Part shown: piece by piece, positions 48,001 through 55,193 of the stretch | Layout: every line of letters begins with the position of its first letter | How positions within the stretch are numbered: position 1 is the stretch's first letter | Assembly (NCBI GenBank): GCA_018654845.1 | Contig: JABIKU010000002.1 | Coordinates: 81,602 to 145,601, forward strand | Source: Methanobacteriota archaeon | GTDB lineage: Archaea; Thermoplasmatota; Poseidoniia; Poseidoniales; Thalassarchaeaceae | Length of the DNA stretch: 64,000 bases | Direction: 5' to 3' | Translations under genes and position numbers: made by a program | The notes under the pieces: generated by a model | What the model was told of the DNA's origin: nothing | Databases searched by the model: none | Seen by the model: only the letters and a program-made list of their open reading frames with translations

Positions 48001-48062
48001 TCAGGTAAACCTTCGACATCCTTGGTGGTTACTTCGTATGAAAAAACCGGAGTGTCTGCCAT
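45015..48062 (-). CDS. purL: phosphoribosylformylglycinamidine synthase, large-PurL-type synthetase (N-terminal PurS-like domain, linker and FGAM synthetase domain; no glutaminase domain)
   Basis: WSEHCSHKIF, ETHNSPSALDPFGGA, and repeated AIR-synthase-like halves. The N-terminal ~200 aa (VFSYEVTTKDVEGLPDARG...LHNRMIERA) is laid out as in large PurL. Start set at MADTPVF (48062), preceded by a GGAAGG SD-like site. Confidence 0.92.
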   Translation of the reverse strand: MADTPVFSYEVTTKDVEGLPDARGDSIKAMFASNYGVEVGAVRVILRYQVRAQMSSEEARSAIFDLFADPVIEEGSVNETLLNDQTVFPIAPQIAIATGFKPGVTDNAAQAGLDGLLTIFPALFEQAEVATSRTYLFWGVPEEISPDWLASKLHNRMIERAIIADTIDCQAKNWPTINFPDRPALLQQKPSIVNLEVSDEKLIEISQTGLLALNLEEMQAIQAHYRNAKVRITREARGLVPNAPTDVELECLAQTWSEHCSHKIFAAKIHHIDTETGEDCSIDSLFKTHIMTPTLDIQSKVDWLLSIFHDNSGVIAWNDDWSLCMKAETHNSPSALDPFGGAMTGIVGVNRDILGTGLGARPIANTDVFCFGPPNYSGAIPEGLFHPSRVFRGVHAGVRAGGNESGIPTVNGAIIFDERYLGKPLVYCGTVGMMPRRLPDGRESHIKTPTPGDIVYMVGGRVGSDGIHGATFSSLELTEESPSSAVQIGDPITQKKMIDMVLEARDLGLIQVITDNGAGGLSSSVGEMAELTGGADLDLSVVPLKQAGLSAWEILVSESQERMTIGVSTADCEAFEKLAVLHEVEATAVGTFTDSGSFIVRFGEQTVADLPISFLYDGCPQLQLESEWIPPIHEPIIFPQVNANEFGEILCRLMARPNVASKEWWVRSYDHEVIAQSVIKPFGGVNHDAPGDAAVIAPIQGQTQGAVISNGIAPRYSDIDAYAMAAASIDEALRNAVCVGVDLDLIAGLDNFCWPDPVESAKTPDGRYKLAQLVRANRALDDICRAYNLPCISGKDSMKNDAILDGKKISVPPTLLFSLIGNHSDVRKAVSSDFKNVGDHIYLLGETHQELGASELAFMFRDESNGRSGIGGTIPEIDAKRNLSMYRSLTAAMGAGLVASAHDCSDGGLATTVAECCFGCDSGSIIDISPITSDCSHIDSWGALFGESLGRILVSVKPTDSVAFEASMKGHACYKLGRVESGDNITFNNGNDSVMTASMSALRVAWKGTLDGGTN

Positions 48063-48184
48063 ATGCCTTCCTCGGTAATTCGCCGCCATCGCGGCTTGTC
48101 CATGAACAAACCGGTGCAGGCCATAGGCCTGAGTTCGTAAACGAAGGGAAAGGCTTGAGATACTTGCAGCAGCGGAGTAGCCCG

Positions 48185-48985
48185 ATGCAACCCGATGAGG
48201 TGTGGGGCACGCGCTGGAGAAGTTGTGCAAATCCTATCGCTCATCGCTTCATGGAAACCGCTTGCGAAAAACAATCATTAGTTTGTCTCGCTGCCGACCT
48301 GCGCACTATCGATGAATTGGTGAACTTAGTCAATGAAGTGGGCCCATATATCGCCGCCCTGAAGACTCATGTCGACATCGTCGAAGATTTTTCTACAGAA
48401 AATTGGCTGAAATTGGTCGAAGCTGCCGCTGAAAACAGTCTCCTTCTTTTTGAAGATCGAAAGTTCGCAGATATTGGTGGAATATCTCAAAAACAAATGG
48501 CCGGTGTTTACGATATTCGTTCATGGTCGGATATTGTTACTGCCCACAGGATTTCTGGACCCGACATTATCGATGGGATTGCTGCAGGGTGGGCAGATGT
48601 GCAACGAATTGGGGGTGTGCTTTTGCTCGCTCAAATGTCAAGTCAAGGCAACCTATTAACCAGCGAATACACTGAAGAAACTATTGCCACAGGTAAAGCC
48701 TCTCCGCATGTATTAGGATATATTGGAAATGGCAGTTCTCCGATCGAAGTGAGTGCTTTGCGAGAATTAGTTGGCGATGGGCAAATGATTTGGACTCCTG
48801 GAGTTAATATTGATTCTAATGCAGCAATAATGGGACAAAGGTATGGAAATCCGCATGATTCGATTATAGCAGGAGCAGATGTGATAATTGTCGGTTCTGG
48901 AATTTATCGAGTAAAAGATAGGAAATCTGCCGCTAAGGCATATGCTGATGCGTCGTGGAACGCTTTGCTCGAAAGAGAGAGATAA
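48185..48985 (+). CDS. pyrF: orotidine 5'-phosphate decarboxylase (eukaryote-like subtype)
   Basis: NPIAHRFMETACEKQSLVCLAADL, YIAALKTHVDIVEDF, LLFEDRKFADIGG, LLLAQMSSQGNL and IIVGSGIY. It aligns closely by eye with yeast URA3. The 5' part of track ORF 47996 is discarded. Confidence 0.9.
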   Translation: MQPDEVWGTRWRSCANPIAHRFMETACEKQSLVCLAADLRTIDELVNLVNEVGPYIAALKTHVDIVEDFSTENWLKLVEAAAENSLLLFEDRKFADIGGISQKQMAGVYDIRSWSDIVTAHRISGPDIIDGIAAGWADVQRIGGVLLLAQMSSQGNLLTSEYTEETIATGKASPHVLGYIGNGSSPIEVSALRELVGDGQMIWTPGVNIDSNAAIMGQRYGNPHDSIIAGADVIIVGSGIYRVKDRKSAAKAYADASWNALLERER

Positions 48986-49221
48986 AATTGGACTTTGCTG
49001 AATTATTAATTTGGTTTGCAGCGATTGGTACGATTGCAATTATTAGTTATATGATTGGAAAAAACATGTTGACGAGATGGCGCCTTGGATATCGTCTCGA
49101 TAACTTGGACGAGGATTTACGAGGCGATACTTCACTGAAAATCGAAGTGATTACCAGTGCACCGCAAGGCAGTGAAATTTCTACTTCGGTGCCAGCAATT
49201 CTATTAGATGAAAGCGAATAA
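48955..49221 (+). CDS. possible small membrane protein
   Basis: One TM (LLIWFAAIGTIAIISYMIG). Overlaps the pyrF 3' end unless it starts at TTG 48988. Weak call. Confidence 0.3.
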   Translation: MERFARKREIKLDFAELLIWFAAIGTIAIISYMIGKNMLTRWRLGYRLDNLDEDLRGDTSLKIEVITSAPQGSEISTSVPAILLDESE

Positions 49222-49887
49222 TTTATCGATTGCTGGTTGGATATCAATATATCCTAAATAATTTGCAACTCCGATCGACCCGCCTGCAATTATCAATAAT
49301 AATAATATTTTACGTGACTTTTTTCCTTTTGTTTTAACGGTTGACGGTTCGGTGGGGGCCAGTGGTAAAGTGGGAAGTGGAGGGAATTCGGGCATAATTA
49401 GGGCCGCTGGAACTAGGGGCGCATCTACCTCCATTTCGGGATATAGTGCATCAAGATCGGCAACCCCTGGTGCCTCAGGTATTTGCCCCATTATCGTATT
49501 CCAACTTTCATCAATTTGTGATTTTGTAAGAGGTGTGACTAATGTTGCTACTGCCCCTGCTGAATATGCTGCATCTTCTGCTTTTTCAAGGCGTGACTTA
49601 CTGGTAACAAATACTAATCTGGCAGTAGCATGAGATTCGCGAATCTCCAATGCTGCAACATGACCGTCCATAGAAGGAATATCGAGAGCGATGAATGTCA
49701 AATCAGGACGGATTTTGACATATTCATCTACGGCTTTGTCCCCATCATCACAAATTTCGATGTTCCAACCCTTTCGGGATAGGACGCTTTTGATCCTCCC
49801 CTCAATAATAGGATTATCGACAACAACGAGAGCCGTCTTCGTTTCATCGCCCGCCATGATAAACATCACACGAAAGGATTTCTTCAT
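49204..49887 (-). CDS. CheY-like receiver domain protein with a Pro-rich linker and C-terminal TM anchor
   Basis: ALVVVDNP...DLTFIALDIPSMDGHVAALEIRE (phospho-acceptor Asp context) and VFVTSKS, then PEFPPLPTLPLAPTEP and TM ILLLLIIAGGSIGVANYLGYI. Confidence 0.7.
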   Translation of the reverse strand: MKKSFRVMFIMAGDETKTALVVVDNPIIEGRIKSVLSRKGWNIEICDDGDKAVDEYVKIRPDLTFIALDIPSMDGHVAALEIRESHATARLVFVTSKSRLEKAEDAAYSAGAVATLVTPLTKSQIDESWNTIMGQIPEAPGVADLDALYPEMEVDAPLVPAALIMPEFPPLPTLPLAPTEPSTVKTKGKKSRKILLLLIIAGGSIGVANYLGYIDIQPAIDKLFAFI

Positions 49888-49907
49888 GAACGACTCGGTC
49901 GTTCCAT

Positions 49908-51194
49908 TTACTGAATTATCGAGTCAATAAACCACTCTGGATCGAAGTTTAACAAATCCTCGTAGCCCTGTCCAACACCAGCGAGAACGATTGGTCTGCC
50001 TGTAGCATGAGCTATCGATAATGCTGCGCCGCCTTTGGCATCTGTGTCCAATTTACAAAGCACTGCGCCATCAAATCTCAAAATTTTCTGAAATACTATC
50101 GCTTGAGTAACAGCGTCGTTTCCAGCCAGAGCATCTGCTACAAATAATACCAAATGAGGGCGGCTGACTCTGTGGACTTTTCGTAATTCTTCCATCAAAT
50201 TAGTCTTGTTTTGCATCCGGCCGGCGGTATCGATAATGACAATGTCGTCACCCTTTGCCTTCGCACTCTCGATTGCATCACGAGCAATCGCTGCTGAATC
50301 CCCCCCTCGTTGACTGCGAACACATCGAACACCAAGGCGCTCGCTGTGAGCGGCAAGTTGGTCTATTGCCCCGGCACGGAATGTATCGGCCGCTGCGAGC
50401 ACTACTGAATATCCCTCATTTGAAAGGCGATGCGCAATTTTTGCAGTAGTTGTGGTTTTTCCTGTACCATTTACTCCAACAATCATTATCGAAACCGGCC
50501 CGCCGGCAGCGACGAATGCTTGGATAGTTTTGTCAAAATCCCAATAGCCGGCTTCCAATAATCCGAGTAAGGATTTTCTTAGCGCTAAATCAACAACTTC
50601 TGTTAAAGATTGTTTCTTTGAAATTCGTGCCCCAATTAAATTTGCTCTCAGGGCGGCGACTACCTCTTGTGTTGCAGAATGCCCCATGTCGGCACTCAAC
50701 AATTCAAACTCCAGGTCTTCAAGAATCTCATCTAATACGGAACTATTCTTGATAATTTGTCCACCACTAGAGACTTCTGAATCGCTTAAATCTATATTGA
50801 AGTGGGCTGGCTCTACTGCTACTAATTTCCTACCTGTTGTTGATTGCATCCTATCACGATCTTTTAGTTTTGATTCTGTATTAGCTAAATTGCTGGGTTC
50901 AATCGATGCTGCTCTTTCTGCCCGTTTTCTCTGCTTTTTATCCCCAGGCTGAGCAAACGGATCTGGGGGCAATTGTTCTTTAAAATCGTCCCATTCATCT
51001 TCGACCTTTTCTTGAAAGTCTTCAAATCCGGGCGGTGGTGGTGGTGGCGCGGTCGTTTTCGCTTTCTCTATTGCCTCGAGTAATTTTCGTCGTTCGATAA
51101 GAGCTAGTTCTGCCTCAATAGAGTCTTCTTCTACGACGATTTCTTCTTTGACTACGTCTTTGGCTTGTTTTTTGAATCGATCGAATAATCCCAT
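49908..51194 (-). CDS. ftsY: signal recognition particle receptor
   Basis: SRP GTPase motifs VGVNGTGKTTT, DTFRAGAIDQL, IIDTAGR, CKLDTDAKGG and the NG-domain layout. Confidence 0.95.
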   Translation of the reverse strand: MGLFDRFKKQAKDVVKEEIVVEEDSIEAELALIERRKLLEAIEKAKTTAPPPPPPGFEDFQEKVEDEWDDFKEQLPPDPFAQPGDKKQRKRAERAASIEPSNLANTESKLKDRDRMQSTTGRKLVAVEPAHFNIDLSDSEVSSGGQIIKNSSVLDEILEDLEFELLSADMGHSATQEVVAALRANLIGARISKKQSLTEVVDLALRKSLLGLLEAGYWDFDKTIQAFVAAGGPVSIMIVGVNGTGKTTTTAKIAHRLSNEGYSVVLAAADTFRAGAIDQLAAHSERLGVRCVRSQRGGDSAAIARDAIESAKAKGDDIVIIDTAGRMQNKTNLMEELRKVHRVSRPHLVLFVADALAGNDAVTQAIVFQKILRFDGAVLCKLDTDAKGGAALSIAHATGRPIVLAGVGQGYEDLLNFDPEWFIDSIIQ

Positions 51195-51203
51195 TCACAC
51201 ACC

Positions 51204-51755
51204 TCAATCATCCAATGTAAACTCGGTGCCGCGCTTCCTCTTGCGCCGTTTTGTTTTCGATTCGGTTGGTATCGACACTGTCTCAGGAGAGGTGGGTGTT
51301 TCTTCGGCAACATTACCGAACAATTCAGGTTCTGTGCCTTGTAGTTCTGCGATTTGTTCATTGAATATATTTGCTAATACAAGAGTTTCTTGCTCCAAAT
51401 TATTGAATTCTTCCGTTAAATTTTCAATGAGGCGTGACAATTCCTCACCTCTTTTCGATATTGTTTCAAACACTTCTGAAAGAGTGTTTTCGGCCTGCAC
51501 GCGGCTACCAATATCAATCACAACTCCTGGGTTTGATGGGATGTCGGCAATAATTTGTACGCCAGAACCCAATGGTATCATCGCTCCTTTGGCTCCTTCT
51601 GGCGGAATTGCAGCCAATGTTTCGATAGTTTGTACTTGTTCGATGCGAATTTGCTCCAATCTACTAATTTGTTGTTCGAGGGCTTCCATCCGCTTACGGT
51701 TGATGTCAACGGTTTGGGCAATTCGCTGCAATTCGGCCCGATCGGATGCGCTCAT
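51204..51755 (-). CDS. pfdA: prefoldin alpha subunit with a C-terminal charged extension
   Basis: Coiled coil, beta-hairpin region (AMIPLGSGVQIIADIPSNPGVVIDIGSRVQAE), then coiled coil. It sits directly upstream of ftsY, as is common in Archaea. Confidence 0.85.
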   Translation of the reverse strand: MSASDRAELQRIAQTVDINRKRMEALEQQISRLEQIRIEQVQTIETLAAIPPEGAKGAMIPLGSGVQIIADIPSNPGVVIDIGSRVQAENTLSEVFETISKRGEELSRLIENLTEEFNNLEQETLVLANIFNEQIAELQGTEPELFGNVAEETPTSPETVSIPTESKTKRRKRKRGTEFTLDD

Positions 51756-51801
51756 CGAGTCGGGGGGGAGTCGGGGTGCAATGAAGCCGTCGCTTGGGTT
51801 A

Positions 51802-51831
51802 AGGTTAGTTTGGGGGTTAGGGAGTTGATGC
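51802..51831. repeat. copy A of a shared intergenic motif (AGGTTAGTTTGGG ... TTGATGC) upstream of pfdA
   Basis: 13-nt exact match plus a 7-nt match with the element at 60534-60560. Both copies lie just upstream of minus-strand genes at the two borders of the sulfation island. Confidence 0.6.
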
Positions 51832-51853
51832 TAAAAGAGTGTAGAGATGAAGA

Positions 51854-52741
51854 TTATTCGCCATCCCAGATTCCTTCTGCAATCATGAATTCCATGACTC
51901 GTTCCGACACGTTCGCCCTGTTTCCCCCACGAACGCCTGTTGCAGATATTGCGAATACCTCTGGAGGTATGTCGTCCGCCTCACGGAGTTCGTAACCGAC
52001 CTTGCGGCCGTAGGAAATTGCTTCGATATCGGGCATAACCCATGCCTCAACGTCTTCGTCAGCATACCTATGCTCAATCATTCTCTTTCGAACATCTGTT
52101 GAGAAGGGATCTGAATCCGATACTGGAGTATTTCTGATGCCAACAACAACCCTCTTTCCTTGATCTAACTCTCTTTGGATGAGCCATTCGTGACCCACGT
52201 GTAGAGGTTGCCAGCGACCTGGAAGAAGTACGGATTTTTGCTTCTCAAAGAGATGTGCTAGTTGCCCGACCATGTCGTCGACGGAGTTGCCTTCATTACC
52301 ACTAGAATCTAGTGTGATGTGTGCACACTTTGGTTCATCAAAGGGGTCGCTAATACCTGTAAAATTAGTTATTTCACCAATGCGGGCCTTTGCGTAGAGG
52401 CCTTTCACATCTCTTTCCTCACATACTTCAAGAGATGTAGATACGTGCACCATAACTGCATTATCTGGGAGTATTTCTAGAATCTTCTCTCGTACGTCTT
52501 CGTAAGGAGTGATGAATGAACAAAGAACATCGGTGTGTTTTGAAATCATTTTTGCCATCTTAGCAATGCCGAGAAGATGTCTTTCTCGTCCTTCGCGGCT
52601 AAAATCGTGGTTAGCAAAGAAGTCTCTAATTGTGTCTCCATCAAGCACTTCACAACCATACCTGTCTGCTGCTGCCATAGCGATAGTTGTCTTTCCTGCT
52701 CCTGAAAGACCTGTGAACCAAACTACTCTGTTGCTCATCAT
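51854..52741 (-). CDS. cysC: adenylylsulfate (APS) kinase fused to a C-terminal NMNAT/cytidylyltransferase-like nucleotidyltransferase domain
   Basis: N-terminal VVWFTGLSGAGKTTIA, LDGDTIR, FITPY, RDVKGLYAKARIGEITNFTGISDPFDEP (CysC). C-terminal ~130 aa with LLPGRWQPLHVGHEWLI (GxxQPxHxGH) and AISATGVRGG (ISxTxxR-like). Confidence 0.88.
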   Translation of the reverse strand: MMSNRVVWFTGLSGAGKTTIAMAAADRYGCEVLDGDTIRDFFANHDFSREGRERHLLGIAKMAKMISKHTDVLCSFITPYEDVREKILEILPDNAVMVHVSTSLEVCEERDVKGLYAKARIGEITNFTGISDPFDEPKCAHITLDSSGNEGNSVDDMVGQLAHLFEKQKSVLLPGRWQPLHVGHEWLIQRELDQGKRVVVGIRNTPVSDSDPFSTDVRKRMIEHRYADEDVEAWVMPDIEAISYGRKVGYELREADDIPPEVFAISATGVRGGNRANVSERVMEFMIAEGIWDGE

Positions 52742-52850
52742 TACACCTTCCGGGACTCGGCCGAAATATGACCCGTATTTTATTGCGACGGGTGGTTGAT
52801 GTAACTATTAATGTGTGAATTCCTATATCTGAAGTACCGGGGGGAGTTCC

Positions 52851-53744
52851 ATGGAGGCAGGGCAGCCAGTGGTTCCTGAGGTCGGCGCTTTTCTCCTAGG
52901 TTCACCCAAAGCTGGCACCACTTGGTTAGCAGATGCCCTTTCTCAACACCCAGATATTTGTGTCTCTGATCCTAAGGAGCCAAATATTGTAGCTACTCAC
53001 AAAGGAACTTTTTCCAGAGATGCTTCGCCTCCAAATTGGGAAGCATATGCTGACTGTTTCGTAGAAAAAGGGGTGCGAATAGATTGTTCGGTTCACGCAT
53101 TAGCCTGCCCGATAGCTCCTCAAAGAGTCAGAGAAAATTGGCCAGGTGCAAAATTGATTATTTCTCTTCGAGAGCCCGTCAGTCGCACGATTTCTCATTG
53201 GAATATGGCCATCAGCACAGAAGAAGATAAGGAAAATAATTTGGATTGGAGTGATTTTGAGGTGGCTTGGTCGGACTCACGTTTACAGTGTGACACACTT
53301 TATGGGTCGGCTATCTCAAGATGGCTGGAATTTTTTGATTTAGATTCTATTTTGATTATTGAAGCAAAGAGGATGAGGGAGGAGCCGGCGATCGTTCTGA
53401 AAAAAATTTGTGAGCACATTGGTGTCGATGATTATTCCTTTAGATTAGATCTGGTGCGCAACACAAATACTGCTTCAGATAGGCGGCCCCTTACTTTATT
53501 TGGCCGCCTATTTCGTAGCCTTGCAAATTTATTGCCTGATTTAGTAAAGAGGCCGGTTGTAAAGCGATTACAAAAAAAGGGTGTGAATATATACAAAATG
53601 CCAGTATTATCTGGTAAAGCACTTGAAAAACGGAAAATCACTGATGAGCAACGATCTATTCTGGCTGAAACAGTGAATGAAGACCTATTGCTTTTAGAAG
53701 AATTAACCGGTTTTTCAAATCCAGATTGGTGGATTCAGTCCTGA
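52851..53744 (+). CDS. PAPS-dependent sulfotransferase
   Basis: 5'-PSB loop FLLGSPKAGTTWLADAL and 3'-PB motif ISLREPVSRTISHW. 297 aa, no signal peptide. Confidence 0.88.
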   Translation: MEAGQPVVPEVGAFLLGSPKAGTTWLADALSQHPDICVSDPKEPNIVATHKGTFSRDASPPNWEAYADCFVEKGVRIDCSVHALACPIAPQRVRENWPGAKLIISLREPVSRTISHWNMAISTEEDKENNLDWSDFEVAWSDSRLQCDTLYGSAISRWLEFFDLDSILIIEAKRMREEPAIVLKKICEHIGVDDYSFRLDLVRNTNTASDRRPLTLFGRLFRSLANLLPDLVKRPVVKRLQKKGVNIYKMPVLSGKALEKRKITDEQRSILAETVNEDLLLLEELTGFSNPDWWIQS

Positions 53745-54547
53745 TGGGCTATCCATTGCTCGTTCCAACGATCATCTGCTGCTACCATGAAAAATGGGTT
53801 TAATATATTGTCAACTACATCGTAATCAAGAGTTTTTCCCGTAGGACCCAACACACAACCTCCGGCACCGACAACGACAGCGTGTGCTGCCGCTATATCC
53901 CAACAAGATGTTGGTCCGAATCTAGGATAGAGATCTGCATTACCTTCTGCGACAATACATGCCTTCAGAGAAGAGCCCATTCTAATTAGGTCATAATTCC
54001 CAAGCGTTTTGGCAAAAGATTCGTCTTTCTCACCCCTATGCGATCCGCTTGCGACCAGCCTTGTTGGTTTTGGGGGATTTGAGGGATTTACCATCATTAA
54101 ACCAGAACCATCTGAACCCCTTCTTTCTGATGGGTGGGATATGCCCCCTAACCAAGTGGTATTCGGCACCGGAGCATGAACAACGCCGAACAGTGGTGAC
54201 CAGCGGGCGCCCTTTTTCACCATCAATGCGATGTTAACAGTAAACATTCCATTCCGCTTGATGAATTCCTTTGTCCCATCAAGAGGGTCTACCAACCAAC
54301 AAGTGTTACTCGAGATTGGGTCTCCGACATTACCTTCCTCCGAAACAATTGGTATGTTATTCAACGACTGTAATCCCTCGACAATGAGGTTGTGCGCTGC
54401 AATATCAGCTTCTGTCAAAGGAGAATTGTCACTTTTGTTAGATATTTCAAATCCTTCTGCGCGGTTGTAGATTTCTAAAATCGCAAGCCCTGCATCTTCT
54501 GCAAGCTTGACAATGAATTCTGAATCCAAAAGGGCCACTCCGATCAA
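53735..54547 (-). CDS. cysQ: 3'(2'),5'-bisphosphate nucleotidase (CysQ / inositol monophosphatase family)
   Basis: VSEEG, WLVDPLDGTKEF, GSSLKACIVAEGNADLYPRFGPTSCWDIAAAHAVV. TTG start overlaps the stop of the upstream membrane gene (TTGA). Confidence 0.88.
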   Translation of the reverse strand: MIGVALLDSEFIVKLAEDAGLAILEIYNRAEGFEISNKSDNSPLTEADIAAHNLIVEGLQSLNNIPIVSEEGNVGDPISSNTCWLVDPLDGTKEFIKRNGMFTVNIALMVKKGARWSPLFGVVHAPVPNTTWLGGISHPSERRGSDGSGLMMVNPSNPPKPTRLVASGSHRGEKDESFAKTLGNYDLIRMGSSLKACIVAEGNADLYPRFGPTSCWDIAAAHAVVVGAGGCVLGPTGKTLDYDVVDNILNPFFMVAADDRWNEQWIAHQD

Positions 54548-55146
54548 AAATCTTGCATTTCTTCGGCTGCAGTTTCAAGCTTCGTTCGCGCCTCTTCACT
54601 CAGGTGGTAAAGAAAAGGGTCTTCTTCCCCGACAATTTCTTTCCAAGAAGACATGGTTCTAGCCCAAATTTCTTGTTCCGAATTCCATTCTAACCAACGG
54701 TCAACGAAATCACAGTGACGTTGTATTTCTTCATCATCATCAGACATTTTTCTCAAAATCGTATTCGTTTGTGCAAGCAGCATTCCAAATGGTGCATTTA
54801 CTTTGTATGTTGTAAATGGGTTTCGTTCTTGCACTATCGTAAGATGTTCACGCCAAAGGCCGAATGTAACATCGTAAACCCAGCCAATTATCAGAACTAT
54901 TGAAAGTACCCCTAAACCAATTCCAATTAAACCAAGATAAGTGGGTTGAATTCCAAAGACCGAATCCATCGCTTCGAATCTCCAACTCACTAATGGCCAC
55001 ACTAGAAGAGTGAGAGTTGTACACCAAAACCCCATCGAAATCAAGGTTTGGCTTTGTTGAATACGCCAATACTGGCGCATGAAAGATTTCTTCAGCACAG
55101 CATCGCCTCTCATGGTTCTGTTTTCACCGTTGCGCGTCCAGGTCAA
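54544..55146 (-). CDS. hypothetical two-TM membrane protein
   Basis: TM helices LISMGFWCTTLTLLVWPLV and YLGLIGIGLGVLSIVLIIGWV with an acidic C-terminal domain. It lies between the giant ORF and cysQ. Confidence 0.5.
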   Translation of the reverse strand: MTWTRNGENRTMRGDAVLKKSFMRQYWRIQQSQTLISMGFWCTTLTLLVWPLVSWRFEAMDSVFGIQPTYLGLIGIGLGVLSIVLIIGWVYDVTFGLWREHLTIVQERNPFTTYKVNAPFGMLLAQTNTILRKMSDDDEEIQRHCDFVDRWLEWNSEQEIWARTMSSWKEIVGEEDPFLYHLSEEARTKLETAAEEMQDF

Positions 55147-55193
55147 GTGAAAGTTTGGTTAGATTACTCCTTAATCATTTCCAAAATGATTGG

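Noticed and set aside
47996-48230. Overlapping 5' extensions of the purL ORF (to 48230) and the pyrF ORF (from 47996).
   Set aside because: The extensions overlap each other on opposite strands and have no similarity to PurL or PyrF N-termini. An internal start with an SD-like site (48062 for purL) and a start at 48185 for pyrF restore a normal divergent arrangement.
51148-51828. 226-aa plus-strand ORF covering the ftsY start and all of pfdA.
   Set aside because: It is antisense to two well-supported genes (prefoldin alpha and FtsY). Its Ser/Cys-rich translation has no recognisable motifs.
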